The notes below the pieces were generated by a model, which saw only the letters and a list, made by a program, of their open reading frames with translations, was not told the origin of the DNA and did no database searches. From assembly GCA_002104905.1 (NCBI GenBank), contig MCFE01000061.1, forward strand, positions 62,001 through 126,000: a stretch of 64,000 nucleotides of DNA. The letters are read 5' to 3'. Within the stretch, counting starts at the first letter, position 1, and every line of letters begins with the position of its first letter. A program made the position numbers and the translations under genes. Positions 26,277 to 36,349 of this stretch are shown piece by piece. Source of the stretch: Basidiobolus meristosporus CBS 931.73. Taxonomy: Eukaryota; Fungi; Basidiobolomycota.

Positions 26277-29200
26277 CAAGCTGTCACTCTCTGCAATGTC
26301 TACTACTGCTATTACTGGAATTTTTCCCTCTGCTGAAAAGTTGGATGGATCTAACTACCAAGTGTGGAAGGTGAAGATGAAGATGCTGCTGCAGGAAAGA
26401 GGCCTTTGGGATATTGTCATGGGAGAAGAATGCCCTCCTAAAAATGTGGGAGAGGAAGCCTTAAAGTACCAGAAGAAAGAACAAAGTGCCTTTAACTGCA
26501 TTTGCCTTAATGTCAAGGACAAATTGCTAATTCAATGCTCAAGAGCAAAAACGGCAAAAAATGCCTGGAAAGCATTAGAAGACACCTACCAGTCATGTTC
26601 AGCTGCCAAGAAAATGTATCTGAGAAGAAAATTCTTTACTACAAAGATGCTGCCAGGAGAAGAAATGAAAAATCTAATTAACAGAATTACCCTGCTGGTA
26701 GATGAGATGGAATCTGTGGGCGTACCAACTACTGATGAGGATGTGATAGTTACCATCCTGAATAGCCTGACAGACAAGTTTCAGGGCCTTGTATCCGCCC
26801 TAGAGTCCAGAACTGAAGATTTGACCTTAAATTACGTATATGGAAGGCTCCTGGATGAAGAATTAAGAAAATCAAGCGCCAATAAGAAGGAAGAAGAAAA
26901 TGCTTTAATAAGCAATGATAACCAACAAAGGAGGTACCCAAGACCCTACAAAGGCAACAGCAACCTATTTTGCAACTACTGTAAAAGGAAAGGACACACA
27001 TCAGACCGGTGTTTCAAAAAGAGAGATTATCAGCAAAAGAAGCCTGAATATGGAAATGCTGCAACAACTGAAGATAGACTATTCATATCTGCACTAAATA
27101 TGACCACAAACAAGGATTCTCAGGCGTGGTATATTGACTCTGGAGCTTCTCAACACTTTACACACCAAAAAGAACTTTTCACCCAATATCAAGAAATCCC
27201 AATTAAGAAGGTTTTCATGGGTGACGATAGAACACTTGATGCAGTGGGAGAAGGAACTATCCAAGTAAACCTTAGAAGCAGTGAAGGAAGCCATACACTG
27301 ACCTTTAAAGAAGTACTCTATGTACCAGAAATAGCCAAGAACCTACTCTCTGTAAGCAAGGCCACAGCAGAAGGACTCAGTTTCAGTTTTGACAATTCTG
27401 GATGCAGGATCACTGATCAAAATGGTGCTCATATTGCTTTGGGCATCAGAGATCAGAACCTATACAAGTTGACTTATATTCCATCATATCTGGAAGCCAA
27501 TATAAGTAACTTAAATGAAGAAACACCAATGCTTTGGCACAGGAGATTTGGACACATCAATTTTGATTATTTGCGTAAAATGATCAAAGATCAGCTAATT
27601 TCTGGAGTGAAAATTGATCCCCCAGCTAATTTGGAGCACTGTGAAGCCTGCATATATGGGAAACAAGCCAGACAACCGTTCAAGAGCTCTGGGTTAATCA
27701 AAACTAAGAAAAAATTAGATCTAATTCACTCAGATCTGTGTGGACCTATGCAAAATTTATCCTTAGGCAGGATGAAGTATTTAATCACTTTTATTGATGA
27801 TTATACAAGATACACATGGGTCTACTTCATGGAGAGAAAGGAAGAAGCTCTGTCTAAGCTCAGGGAGTTTAAAGCCATGGTGGAGAGAGAAACTGGTGAA
27901 AAAATCAAGAAAATACGCTCTGACAATGGTGGAGAATATACCTCAAAACTCTTCATCCACTTCTGCAAAATTCATGGGATAAAGCAAGAGACTACTGTAC
28001 CATACTCCCCACAGCAAAATGGAGTAGCAGAACAAGCTAACAGATCAATAATTGATATGGCAAGATCTATGATCCATGATCAAAAATTATCCTATGATTT
28101 TTGGGCGGAATCAGTTGCCACTGCTGTATATCTTAAAAATAGGAGTTATAACAGAATACTTTGTGATTCTACTCCATTTGAAGCATGGTATGGACACAGA
28201 CCAAGTGCAGAACATCTAAGAATATTTGGGTGTACAGCATATGCCAAAAAACTGGCCGGAAATCAGTCAAAATTTGAGCCAAAAAGTGTAAAATGCATAT
28301 TTTTGGGCTACTGCAATGAGAGTAAGGCATACAGACTCTACAATACCGAAGCAAAGAAGCTGATCAAGTCCAGGGATGTGTTGTTTGATGAAAATTCAAA
28401 ATTTTCACAAAAAATGATATCAGATGATGACAAAAATTTGATCTCAAGTCTACCAATTGTCAGGATTGAATCAGAGCAAAACAATGAAAATTTTTTCACT
28501 CCAGAGGACTCTACAACCGTGGTTCAGCCAGAATCAGTGCCCAGGAATATCCCAGAAGTGATCATTCCAGTATCAAATGCCCGGAGATCAAATCGGACAA
28601 GAAATAGCCCAAATTCCTATATTAATGAGGGTACAAACTTAGCCTATGCCTATTCAGTCCATATTGATGAACCCCAGACTGTAAAAGAGGCCCTAAATAG
28701 CCCTCAGACAAAGTTTTGGAGATCTGCAATGACTGAGGAATATCAGGCCCTGATGGAAAATCCAACTTGGGACTTAGTCAAATTACCAATCAACCGAAAA
28801 TCAATTGGATGCAGATGGGTCTTCAAGACAAAGTACAAGGCTGATGGTACAATTGAAAGATACAAAGCAAGACTTGTAGCCAAAGGATACTCTCAAACAA
28901 AAGGACTTGACTATACTGAGACCTTTGCACCGGTAGCCAAGTTTAATTCCATCAGATTAATATTGGCTATTGCAGCCAAATATAAGTTTTTTATTCATCA
29001 AATGGATGTAAAAACTGCATTTTTGAATGGAGAACTTGATGAGGACGTGTATATGGACCAGCCTGATGGGTTTGTTGACCAAGATAACCCCCATTTGGTC
29101 TGCAAGCTTAAAAAGTCACTATATGGTCTCAAACAATCACCAAGAGCCTGGAATTGCAAGATAGATTCTTATTTGGAATCTTTGAGTTTCAAAAGGAGTT

Positions 29201-30240
29201 ATGCTGACTATAGTATATACTATAAGCCAGATAGAGCAAATCCAGTTCTATTAGCTCTATATGTGGATGATCTTATTATAGCCACCAATAACCTAGAAAC
29301 ATTGGAAGAGACTAAATCCAGCCTATCTAAGGAGTTCAAGATGTCCGATCTAGGAGAACTCAGTTACTACTTAGGGATTAAGTTCTCCATAGACAGAAGT
29401 ACCCAGACTATTACCCTAAGCCAATCCAAGTATATTCAAGATATACTAAAGAAGTACAAAATGGAAGACTGTAAACCGGCAGCTACCCCAATGGAGACAA
29501 ACCTTAACTTGGTCAAAACTCAACCAAATCAAGAGAGCTTGGTGCCATCTGAAAGCCCTGACTTTCCTTATCAATCTATGGTCGGCAGTCTGATGTATAT
29601 CATGCTTGGAACACGTCCAGATATCTCATATTCAGTGGGAGTTGTCAGCCAACATAATCAGAATTATGGATCTGATCATATTGCAGCAGTTAAGCGGATT
29701 TTTAGATACCTAAAAGGAACTGCTGATATCTGCTTAAGATACACTTATAAGGATTCAGAACAGGATCTTGTGGGATACTCTGATGCTGATTGGGGACGAA
29801 ATTTAGAAGACAGAAGATCCACCACAGGATACACCTTTCTTTACTGTAAAGGAGCAATTTCATGGAATTCAAGAAAGCAACCAACCGTAGCACTTTCTAC
29901 TACAGAGGCAGAATATATGGCAGCCTGTGAGGCTACAAAAGAAGCAATGTGGTTAAGAAAGCTGTTTACAGATTTAGGCCTATGTCAAAAAACGCCTATT
30001 ACTTTATTTCAAGATAATCAAGGATGTATACAATTAGGTAGAAATCCAACTTTTCATGCTAGAACCAAGCACATAGATATTAGACATCATTTCATACGTG
30101 AAGCTATAGAGAGTAACTTAGTTAGATTAGTTTACTGTCCTACAGATGAAATGATTGCAGACATATTTACCAAACCATTAGCTAGAGACAAGTTTGAATA
30201 TCTTAGGTCAAAATTAGGACTAGTCAGTATGAACATTTAG
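26269..30240 (+). CDS. Copia Gag-Pol polyprotein (Gag, CCHC, protease, integrase, RT, RNase H)
   Basis: Open frame 26137-30240. Realistic ATGs are 26269 or 26296, downstream of the LTR TATA box at ~26166. Motifs: CNYCKRKGHTSDRC, WYIDSGASQH, HSDLCGP, IRSDNGGEY, HQMDVKTAFLNG, LYVDDL, GYSDADW, RTKHIDIRHH. Confidence 0.97.
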   Translation: MSPKLSLSAMSTTAITGIFPSAEKLDGSNYQVWKVKMKMLLQERGLWDIVMGEECPPKNVGEEALKYQKKEQSAFNCICLNVKDKLLIQCSRAKTAKNAWKALEDTYQSCSAAKKMYLRRKFFTTKMLPGEEMKNLINRITLLVDEMESVGVPTTDEDVIVTILNSLTDKFQGLVSALESRTEDLTLNYVYGRLLDEELRKSSANKKEEENALISNDNQQRRYPRPYKGNSNLFCNYCKRKGHTSDRCFKKRDYQQKKPEYGNAATTEDRLFISALNMTTNKDSQAWYIDSGASQHFTHQKELFTQYQEIPIKKVFMGDDRTLDAVGEGTIQVNLRSSEGSHTLTFKEVLYVPEIAKNLLSVSKATAEGLSFSFDNSGCRITDQNGAHIALGIRDQNLYKLTYIPSYLEANISNLNEETPMLWHRRFGHINFDYLRKMIKDQLISGVKIDPPANLEHCEACIYGKQARQPFKSSGLIKTKKKLDLIHSDLCGPMQNLSLGRMKYLITFIDDYTRYTWVYFMERKEEALSKLREFKAMVERETGEKIKKIRSDNGGEYTSKLFIHFCKIHGIKQETTVPYSPQQNGVAEQANRSIIDMARSMIHDQKLSYDFWAESVATAVYLKNRSYNRILCDSTPFEAWYGHRPSAEHLRIFGCTAYAKKLAGNQSKFEPKSVKCIFLGYCNESKAYRLYNTEAKKLIKSRDVLFDENSKFSQKMISDDDKNLISSLPIVRIESEQNNENFFTPEDSTTVVQPESVPRNIPEVIIPVSNARRSNRTRNSPNSYINEGTNLAYAYSVHIDEPQTVKEALNSPQTKFWRSAMTEEYQALMENPTWDLVKLPINRKSIGCRWVFKTKYKADGTIERYKARLVAKGYSQTKGLDYTETFAPVAKFNSIRLILAIAAKYKFFIHQMDVKTAFLNGELDEDVYMDQPDGFVDQDNPHLVCKLKKSLYGLKQSPRAWNCKIDSYLESLSFKRSYADYSIYYKPDRANPVLLALYVDDLIIATNNLETLEETKSSLSKEFKMSDLGELSYYLGIKFSIDRSTQTITLSQSKYIQDILKKYKMEDCKPAATPMETNLNLVKTQPNQESLVPSESPDFPYQSMVGSLMYIMLGTRPDISYSVGVVSQHNQNYGSDHIAAVKRIFRYLKGTADICLRYTYKDSEQDLVGYSDADWGRNLEDRRSTTGYTFLYCKGAISWNSRKQPTVALSTTEAEYMAACEATKEAMWLRKLFTDLGLCQKTPITLFQDNQGCIQLGRNPTFHARTKHIDIRHHFIREAIESNLVRLVYCPTDEMIADIFTKPLARDKFEYLRSKLGLVSMNI

Positions 30241-32756
30241 CTGAGTGGGAGTGTTGTAAAAAATTTGTATTTCCACCTAAATATTCACCTAACTTAGTCA
30301 CTTAGATCATTACCTTCAAATCCTAGAAAATACTGACCAAATTCCTTGTCGGGATTTACTTAGAATATTTTCACCAAAATACCAGGTACCCAGAACATGA
30401 AAATTCTCAAAGTTGTCCAAACAGCCCCAAACTTTGCACACATGTTCGTTGGGACCTTCCTTAACCTATTCTACGTGTTTGTAATGCCAAGACCAGGTAA
30501 AAGTATAAATACCACTTTTACATTCAATAAATCATTAAGTGAAAACCACATAATCTACTTGTTCTCCCAATCACTTCCAATATCTCCAAGACTCTTACAA
30601 CAGAGACAAATGGATCAGTTACTGAAGCAAGGATATATCAAACCTAGCAAGTCACCTTGGGGAGCACCAGTACTTTTTGTGAAGAAGAAGGATGGAGCAC
30701 TTAGGATGTGCATTGACTACAGAGCCCTCAACTCAGTTACAGTGAAGAATAAGTACCACATACCTTGGATTGATGAGCTGTTGGACCAACTCAATGGAGC
30801 CACTATTTTCAGCAAGATTGACCTCATGTCAGGATACAACCAGATTTAGGTGAAGCCAGAAGACATCCTTAAGACAGCATTCAGGACCAGATATGGACAT
30901 TACAAGTACTTAGTCATGAGTTTTGGCCTCACCAATGCCCCTGCAACATTCATGACCCTGATGCAGACTGCCTTCCCAGAGTACTTAGACAAGTTTGTCA
31001 TAATCTACCTAGATGATTTATTGATATACAGCAAGACAGAAGAGGATCACTTAGTGCACATTGAAAAGGTCTTGAAGAAGCTAAGAGAGAACAAGCTTTA
31101 TGGCAAGCTACCCAAGTGTGAATTTTTCAAGGAACATGTTGAACATCTGGGACACATAGTGACTAGCACAGGAGTAACCTTAGACCCTAAGAGGATTGAA
31201 GTAATCAAGAATCTGAAGCAGCCCCATAGCATATCAGAGCTCAGATCATTCCTTGGAATGGTTTCCTATTATTGGAGATTTGTCAAGTCCTTTGCAAGTA
31301 TTGCAGCCCCTTTAACTGATATCTGCAAGAAAGACAATACCTACAAGTGGGACATAGCCTGTGAGACTGCCTTCCAGATGCTCAAGAATGAACCTGCTAA
31401 GCTACTAAACTTAAGAATACCTGACTTCAGAAAAGAGTTTACTCTGTGCACAGATGCTTCAGATTATGCAATTGGTGAAGTGTTGAGCCAAGAACACAAG
31501 GGAAAGGACTACCCTAGAACAAGTTGCACAACTCAACTTGGTGCATGAATCACATTGGCCTAGCCTAATACCAAAGTACTTGGAGAACCAAGCGATTCCT
31601 AATGAGGTGGATGAAGATATCAAGAAGATCATCCGGGATGAAGCCAGTAAATTTGTAGTACAGAATGAAAGCTCCACCAAATTGTTGATGGAAGCCTTAT
31701 TGCCTATTGCCCTAATGTTGCCTGCCTGGATTTAATAAATAAGCTACACAATGGATATGAGCATCTTGGAATTGAAGGAACCTACAGCCTTGTGAAAGCC
31801 AGAGCATGGTGGCCCAGAATGAAACATGATGTTGAGAAGCTAGTAAAACATGCCCAAATTGCCAAATCAACCAAGGCCAACTACAGAGAATTGCTGAACT
31901 CTTTCCCTTGGAACCTGTAAGACTATTTGAAAGATGGGAAATTGACTTTATTGGAAGACTGCCAACTACAAGGAAATGCAACCATTGGATCCTAGTAGTA
32001 ATAGACCATGCCACTAAATGGCCAATGGCTAAAGCTGTACCTATAGCCAGTGAACAAGAAGTTGTAAGTTTCATCTACCATGAGATCCTTATGACATCTG
32101 GATGCCCTGTGGAGATTCTATTGGATAGAGGTGCAAACTTTATGGCTAAGCCATTGGAAGCTTACCTGGAAATGCAGCATATCAAACACTTGAAAACTGT
32201 GGCATATCACTCAGAACTAATGGAGTCACTGAACGGTTTAATAGATTATTTGAAAAAATGCTGACCAAGTATGCAAATGGAGTTGTCAGTAGATGAGATG
32301 AGTATATAGACCAAACACTCTTTGCATGCAGAGTCAGAGTACACAACACCACCCAACAATTGCCATTTTACTTAGTGTATGGATGTGAACCAAGGACTAC
32401 AGGAGATCACACACAACCAAAGCCTACAGACACCTTAGAAGATGAACTCAGTCAGTCAAGTAGACACCAGCAGCTGGAACAAAGACATCAAGAGGCACAG
32501 ACCAAAGTATCTCAAAGTGCAGAAAAGATGAAGCAGAGATTTGATAGGACTATAGCACCAGGAGCATTGACAGTTGGGAACTTTGTATTGCTAAGAAACA
32601 ACACTTGGAAAAAGTTTGAGCCACAATGGACAGGACCATTCAAGATCATCAGAGAATGTCCATTTGCAGCTTACCAACTAATGAACAAACAAGGCAATAT
32701 CTGGGAAGACTTAGAACATAGGGACAGACTCAACCTTGCAAGACTTGCTGATAACA

Positions 32757-34290
32757 CCCTATGAAAAATAATTTAGTCCCACAGGTGGATCCAATCTGGA
32801 TCATCCGTCAAGATCCCATTCAGAGACCATCATAATAACAGCAGCTTGGAATTAGTGACCTTCCTGACAATCTTATAACAAGATCATGACGGTGTTCTGC
32901 AAATTTTACAGCCAAATAAAGGGATAAAACTTGACAACTTTTGATCAGTACTGTGACAATATTTGCATGTTATTGTTGTGGTCTTTCAGCGCTCTATTAC
33001 TATTTTAAGTGGATCCAGTTGGCCAGGACTTCCAATTGCCTTATAAGGCAAGAAACTTGACGGTATTTTGATGGCCTCACAGCATGACTCTGATGGCTTT
33101 TTCTTGGCAGTATGATGGCCTGCCGCTGTGGTGGTGTATAGGTCCAAGGGAGAGATACATCCAACACTTCTCAAGTGTTTGGTGTGTGGGGTGTTCACTG
33201 GGTGCGATAACCTCTGGCAAAAGCTTGCTAGGAATACTTGGGTTCTGTCTCTAATCTAATGTGAAGGGGAATAAAGCCACAAGCTTGTCAAGGGAAAACT
33301 ATTGAGCTACAATCCCCAACTTAGTTGGCGTCTTAACAAAAGTATGTGCTGGGTTCAGCGTCCTTTGAGATGACAATGTACTAAAGCTTCCAAAGTCAAA
33401 ACAACAGTAAACTCCACCAGCAGGGACTTGATAAGAATGCAGCTGTGGTCAATAGTTACAAAGACAGAAAAGTATCTTTGCCTGTACAAGAACAAACTTG
33501 GGAAAGAATCAAATATAATAAAAGATACCTACTCTGAGTATTCCTCACAAGTAGTGCCTCCAAGGTCAGTTGGCTGTCAGCGCGGTTTCCTGGGAGTGTC
33601 CTGTGGTCTGGGGTTGGAAGTTCAGGTAGCAGCAGGTAGCAGTGATCACACTAATCAACAAGTTGGTATATTGATAAAAGGGATGATGATTTATTGCTGA
33701 GGGATAGCCTCCCTTATATACTTTTCTTACTGGCTAAGTGATTACTAATCATGGTGTTCCAGAAGGTTCCGGATATCAATAGAAATCTTAATGACATCAG
33801 AATGACCTAAGAATGTTCTAAGTAGGTGCCAGAAGGTTCTAAGAGGCACAGCACATCCAACCAATCAGGAATCAGTATTCTGAAACCTGTGTAACATGGG
33901 GATACCATATATGGTATGGAAATGGTAGGGATGGTGACACGGGTTGATCATGTGTCACGGGTACTGGTGCGGGTACTTGCCTAATATAGAAGCACTTGTA
34001 ACTAGTAATCTTACATAAAGTGAGGGGTAACTTATGCAATAAGGTAAGCAGGTGTGATAGTCAACCGGCTTATGGGATAGTACTGATTGGGTAAGACAAA
34101 TGGGATAAAACTAAAATGAGTGTAGTAGGGATATAGGGAAGTAGAAAATAAGGGAATGAGCACATCTGTCAGTGGGTGTCACTGTCCCCCCACTACACCG
34201 CTGGTTCTGTATAATGCTACCATACCAATTTACCAAATGGTATTTCCTTTTTCTACCTCCCCTTGTGCAATTCATATGCACTGTGTCAGG
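32757..34290 (-). mobile_element. Right end of a CACTA element (copy 5), split by a solo LTR-D
   Basis: Begins CCCTATGAAAAATAATTT. Reverse complement of ~38500-38928. Confidence 0.85.
33127..34197. repeat. Solo LTR, family D (1071 bp)
   Basis: TGTGGTGG...CCACTACA termini and 4-bp TSD CCGC (33123-33126, 34198-34201). Removing it restores the continuous CACTA sequence. Confidence 0.85.
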
Positions 34291-35893
34291 CTGAGCCACA
34301 GCAGTAGAGTCCTCTTAAGTGAAAAAATCTTCATTGTTTTGCTCTGATTCAATCCTGACAATTGGTGAACTTGAGATCAGATTTTCTCATTGTCTGATGC
34401 CATTTTTGTGAAAATTTTGAATTTTCATCAAACAACACATCCCTGGGCTTGATTAGCTTCTTTGCTTTGGTATTGTAGAGTCTGAATGCTTTACTCTCAT
34501 TGCAGTAGCCCAAGAATATGCATTTTACACTTTTTGGCTCAAGTTTTGACTGATTTCTGGGCGGTTTCTTGGCATATGTTGTACACCCAAATATTCTTAG
34601 ATGTTCTTCACTTGGTCTGTATCCATACCATGCTTTAAATGGAGTAGAATCACAAGGTATTCTGTTATAACTCCTATTTTTAAGGTATACAGCAGTGGCA
34701 ACTGATTCTGCCCAAAAATCATAGGATAATTTTTGGTCATGGATCATAGATCTTGCCATATCAATTATTGATCTGTTAGCTTGTTCTGCTACTCCATTTT
34801 GCTGTGGGGAGTATGGTGTAGTAGTCTTAACCTTTTTAATTGGAATTTCTTGATATTGGGTAAAAAGTTCTTCTTTGTGTGTAAAGTGTTTAAGAGCTCC
34901 AGAGTCAATATACCACGTCTGAGAATCCTTGTTTGTGGTTATATTTAGTGCAGATATGAATAGTCTATCTTCAGTTGTTGCAGCATTTCCATATTTAGGC
35001 TTCTTTTGCTGATAATCTCTCTTTTTGAGACACCGGTCTGATGTGCGTCCTTTCCTTTTGCAGTAGTTGCAAAATAGGTTGCTGTTGCCTTTGTAGGGTC
35101 TTGGGTACCTCCTTTGTTGGCTATCATTGCTTATTAAAGCATTTTCTTCTTCCTCCTTATTGGCATTTGATTTTCTTAATTCTTCATCTAGGAGCCTTCC
35201 ATATACATAATTTAAGGTCAAATCTTCAGTTCTGGACTCCAGGGCTGATACAAGGCCCTGAAACTTGTCTGTCAGGCTATTCAGGATGGTAACTATTACA
35301 TCCTCATCAGTAATTGGTACACCCACAGATTTCATCTCATCTATCAGCAGGGTAATACTGTTAATTAGATTTTTCATTTCTTCTCCTGGCAGCATCTTTG
35401 TAGTAAAGAATTTTTGTCTCAGATACATTTTCTTGGCAGCTGAACATGACTGGTAGGTGTCTTCTAATGCTTTCCACGCATTCTTTGCCATTTTTGCTCT
35501 TGAGCATTGAATTAGCAATTTGTCCTTGACATTAAGGCAAATGCAGTTAAAGGCACTTTGTTCTTTCTTCTGGTACTTTAAGGCTTCCTCTCCCTTGTTT
35601 TTAGGAGGGCATTCTTCTCCCATGACAATATCCCAAAGGCCTCTTTCTTGTAGTAGCATCTTTATCTTCACCTTCCACACTTGGTAGTTAAAGCCATCCA
35701 ACTTTTCAGCAGAGGGGAAAATTCCAGTAATAGCAGTAGTAGACATTGCAGAGAGTGACAGCTTGGGTCTCATAACCTGTTGTCAGAGTCTGGGAGATAC
35801 TGGAAGTGATTTGGAGAACAAGTAGATTATGTGGTTTTCACTTGATGATTTATTGAATGTAAAAGTAGTATTTATACTTTTACCTGGTCTTGG
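34290..35893 (-). mobile_element. Truncated, internally deleted copy of Copia-1
   Basis: The 474-aa ORF 34349-35773 closely matches Copia-1 Gag, joined at EIPIKKV|KTTTPYSPQQNG to the integrase core. PBS variant at 35765-35777; partial LTR at 35778-35893. Confidence 0.93.
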
Positions 35894-36001
35894 GTTCCTG
35901 CCAAAGCCATGGAAACAAGGTGCTACAACAGAAATACTTATTCAGTGGTGGATTTTGATGAAGTTACTTGCTGAGTGTGAGGTTGGACTTAATGTTAGCG
36001 T

Positions 36002-36349
36002 TGTTGTAAGAGTCTTGGAGATATTGGAAGTGATTGGGAGGTCAAGTAGATTATGTGGTTTTCACTTAATGATTTATTGAATGTAAAAGTAGTATTTATG
36101 CTTTTACCTAGTCTTGGCATAACAAGCATGTAGAATAGGTTAAGGAAGATCCCAAGAACATGTGTGCAAAATTTGGGGCTGTTTGGACAACTTTGAGAAT
36201 TTCATGTTCTGGGTACCCGGTATTTTGGTGAAAATATTCTAAGTAAATCCCGACAAGGAATTTGGTCAGTATTCTCTAGGTTTTGTAGGTAATGATCTAA
36301 GTGACCAAGTTAGGTGAATAGTTAGGTGGAAATACAAATTTTCACAACA
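36002..36349 (-). repeat. Complete Copia-1-family LTR without matching TSD
   Basis: TGTTG...CAACA, 348 bp, reverse complement of 25915-26264 with substitutions. Flanks (AGCGT / ATTAC) differ. Confidence 0.92.

Larger units (their letters stand above)
25915..30602 (+). mobile_element. Intact young Ty1/Copia LTR retrotransposon (Copia-1)
   Basis: LTRs 25915-26264 (350 bp) and 30252-30602 (351 bp) differ by one inserted G. TSD GAGAC (25910-25914, 30603-30607). PBS, PPT and an uninterrupted polyprotein are present. Confidence 0.98.
22405..32756 (+). mobile_element. Second Gypsy-A-family copy (Gypsy-B), disrupted by nested insertions, 3' end lost
   Basis: 5' LTR 22405-22771 with PBS; gag at 22830-22899 and 24433-25100; PR; RT split by Copia-1 at 25914/30603; internal deletion in the RNase H near 31515; IN to 32756, where a CACTA terminus truncates it. 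Confidence 0.93.

Noticed and set aside
30397-30849. 150-aa ORF fusing the Copia 3' LTR in frame to Gypsy RT
   Set aside because: A by-product of the insertion and the 1-bp LTR indel. Its ATG lies upstream of the LTR TATA box (~30503) and the frame stops early in RT.
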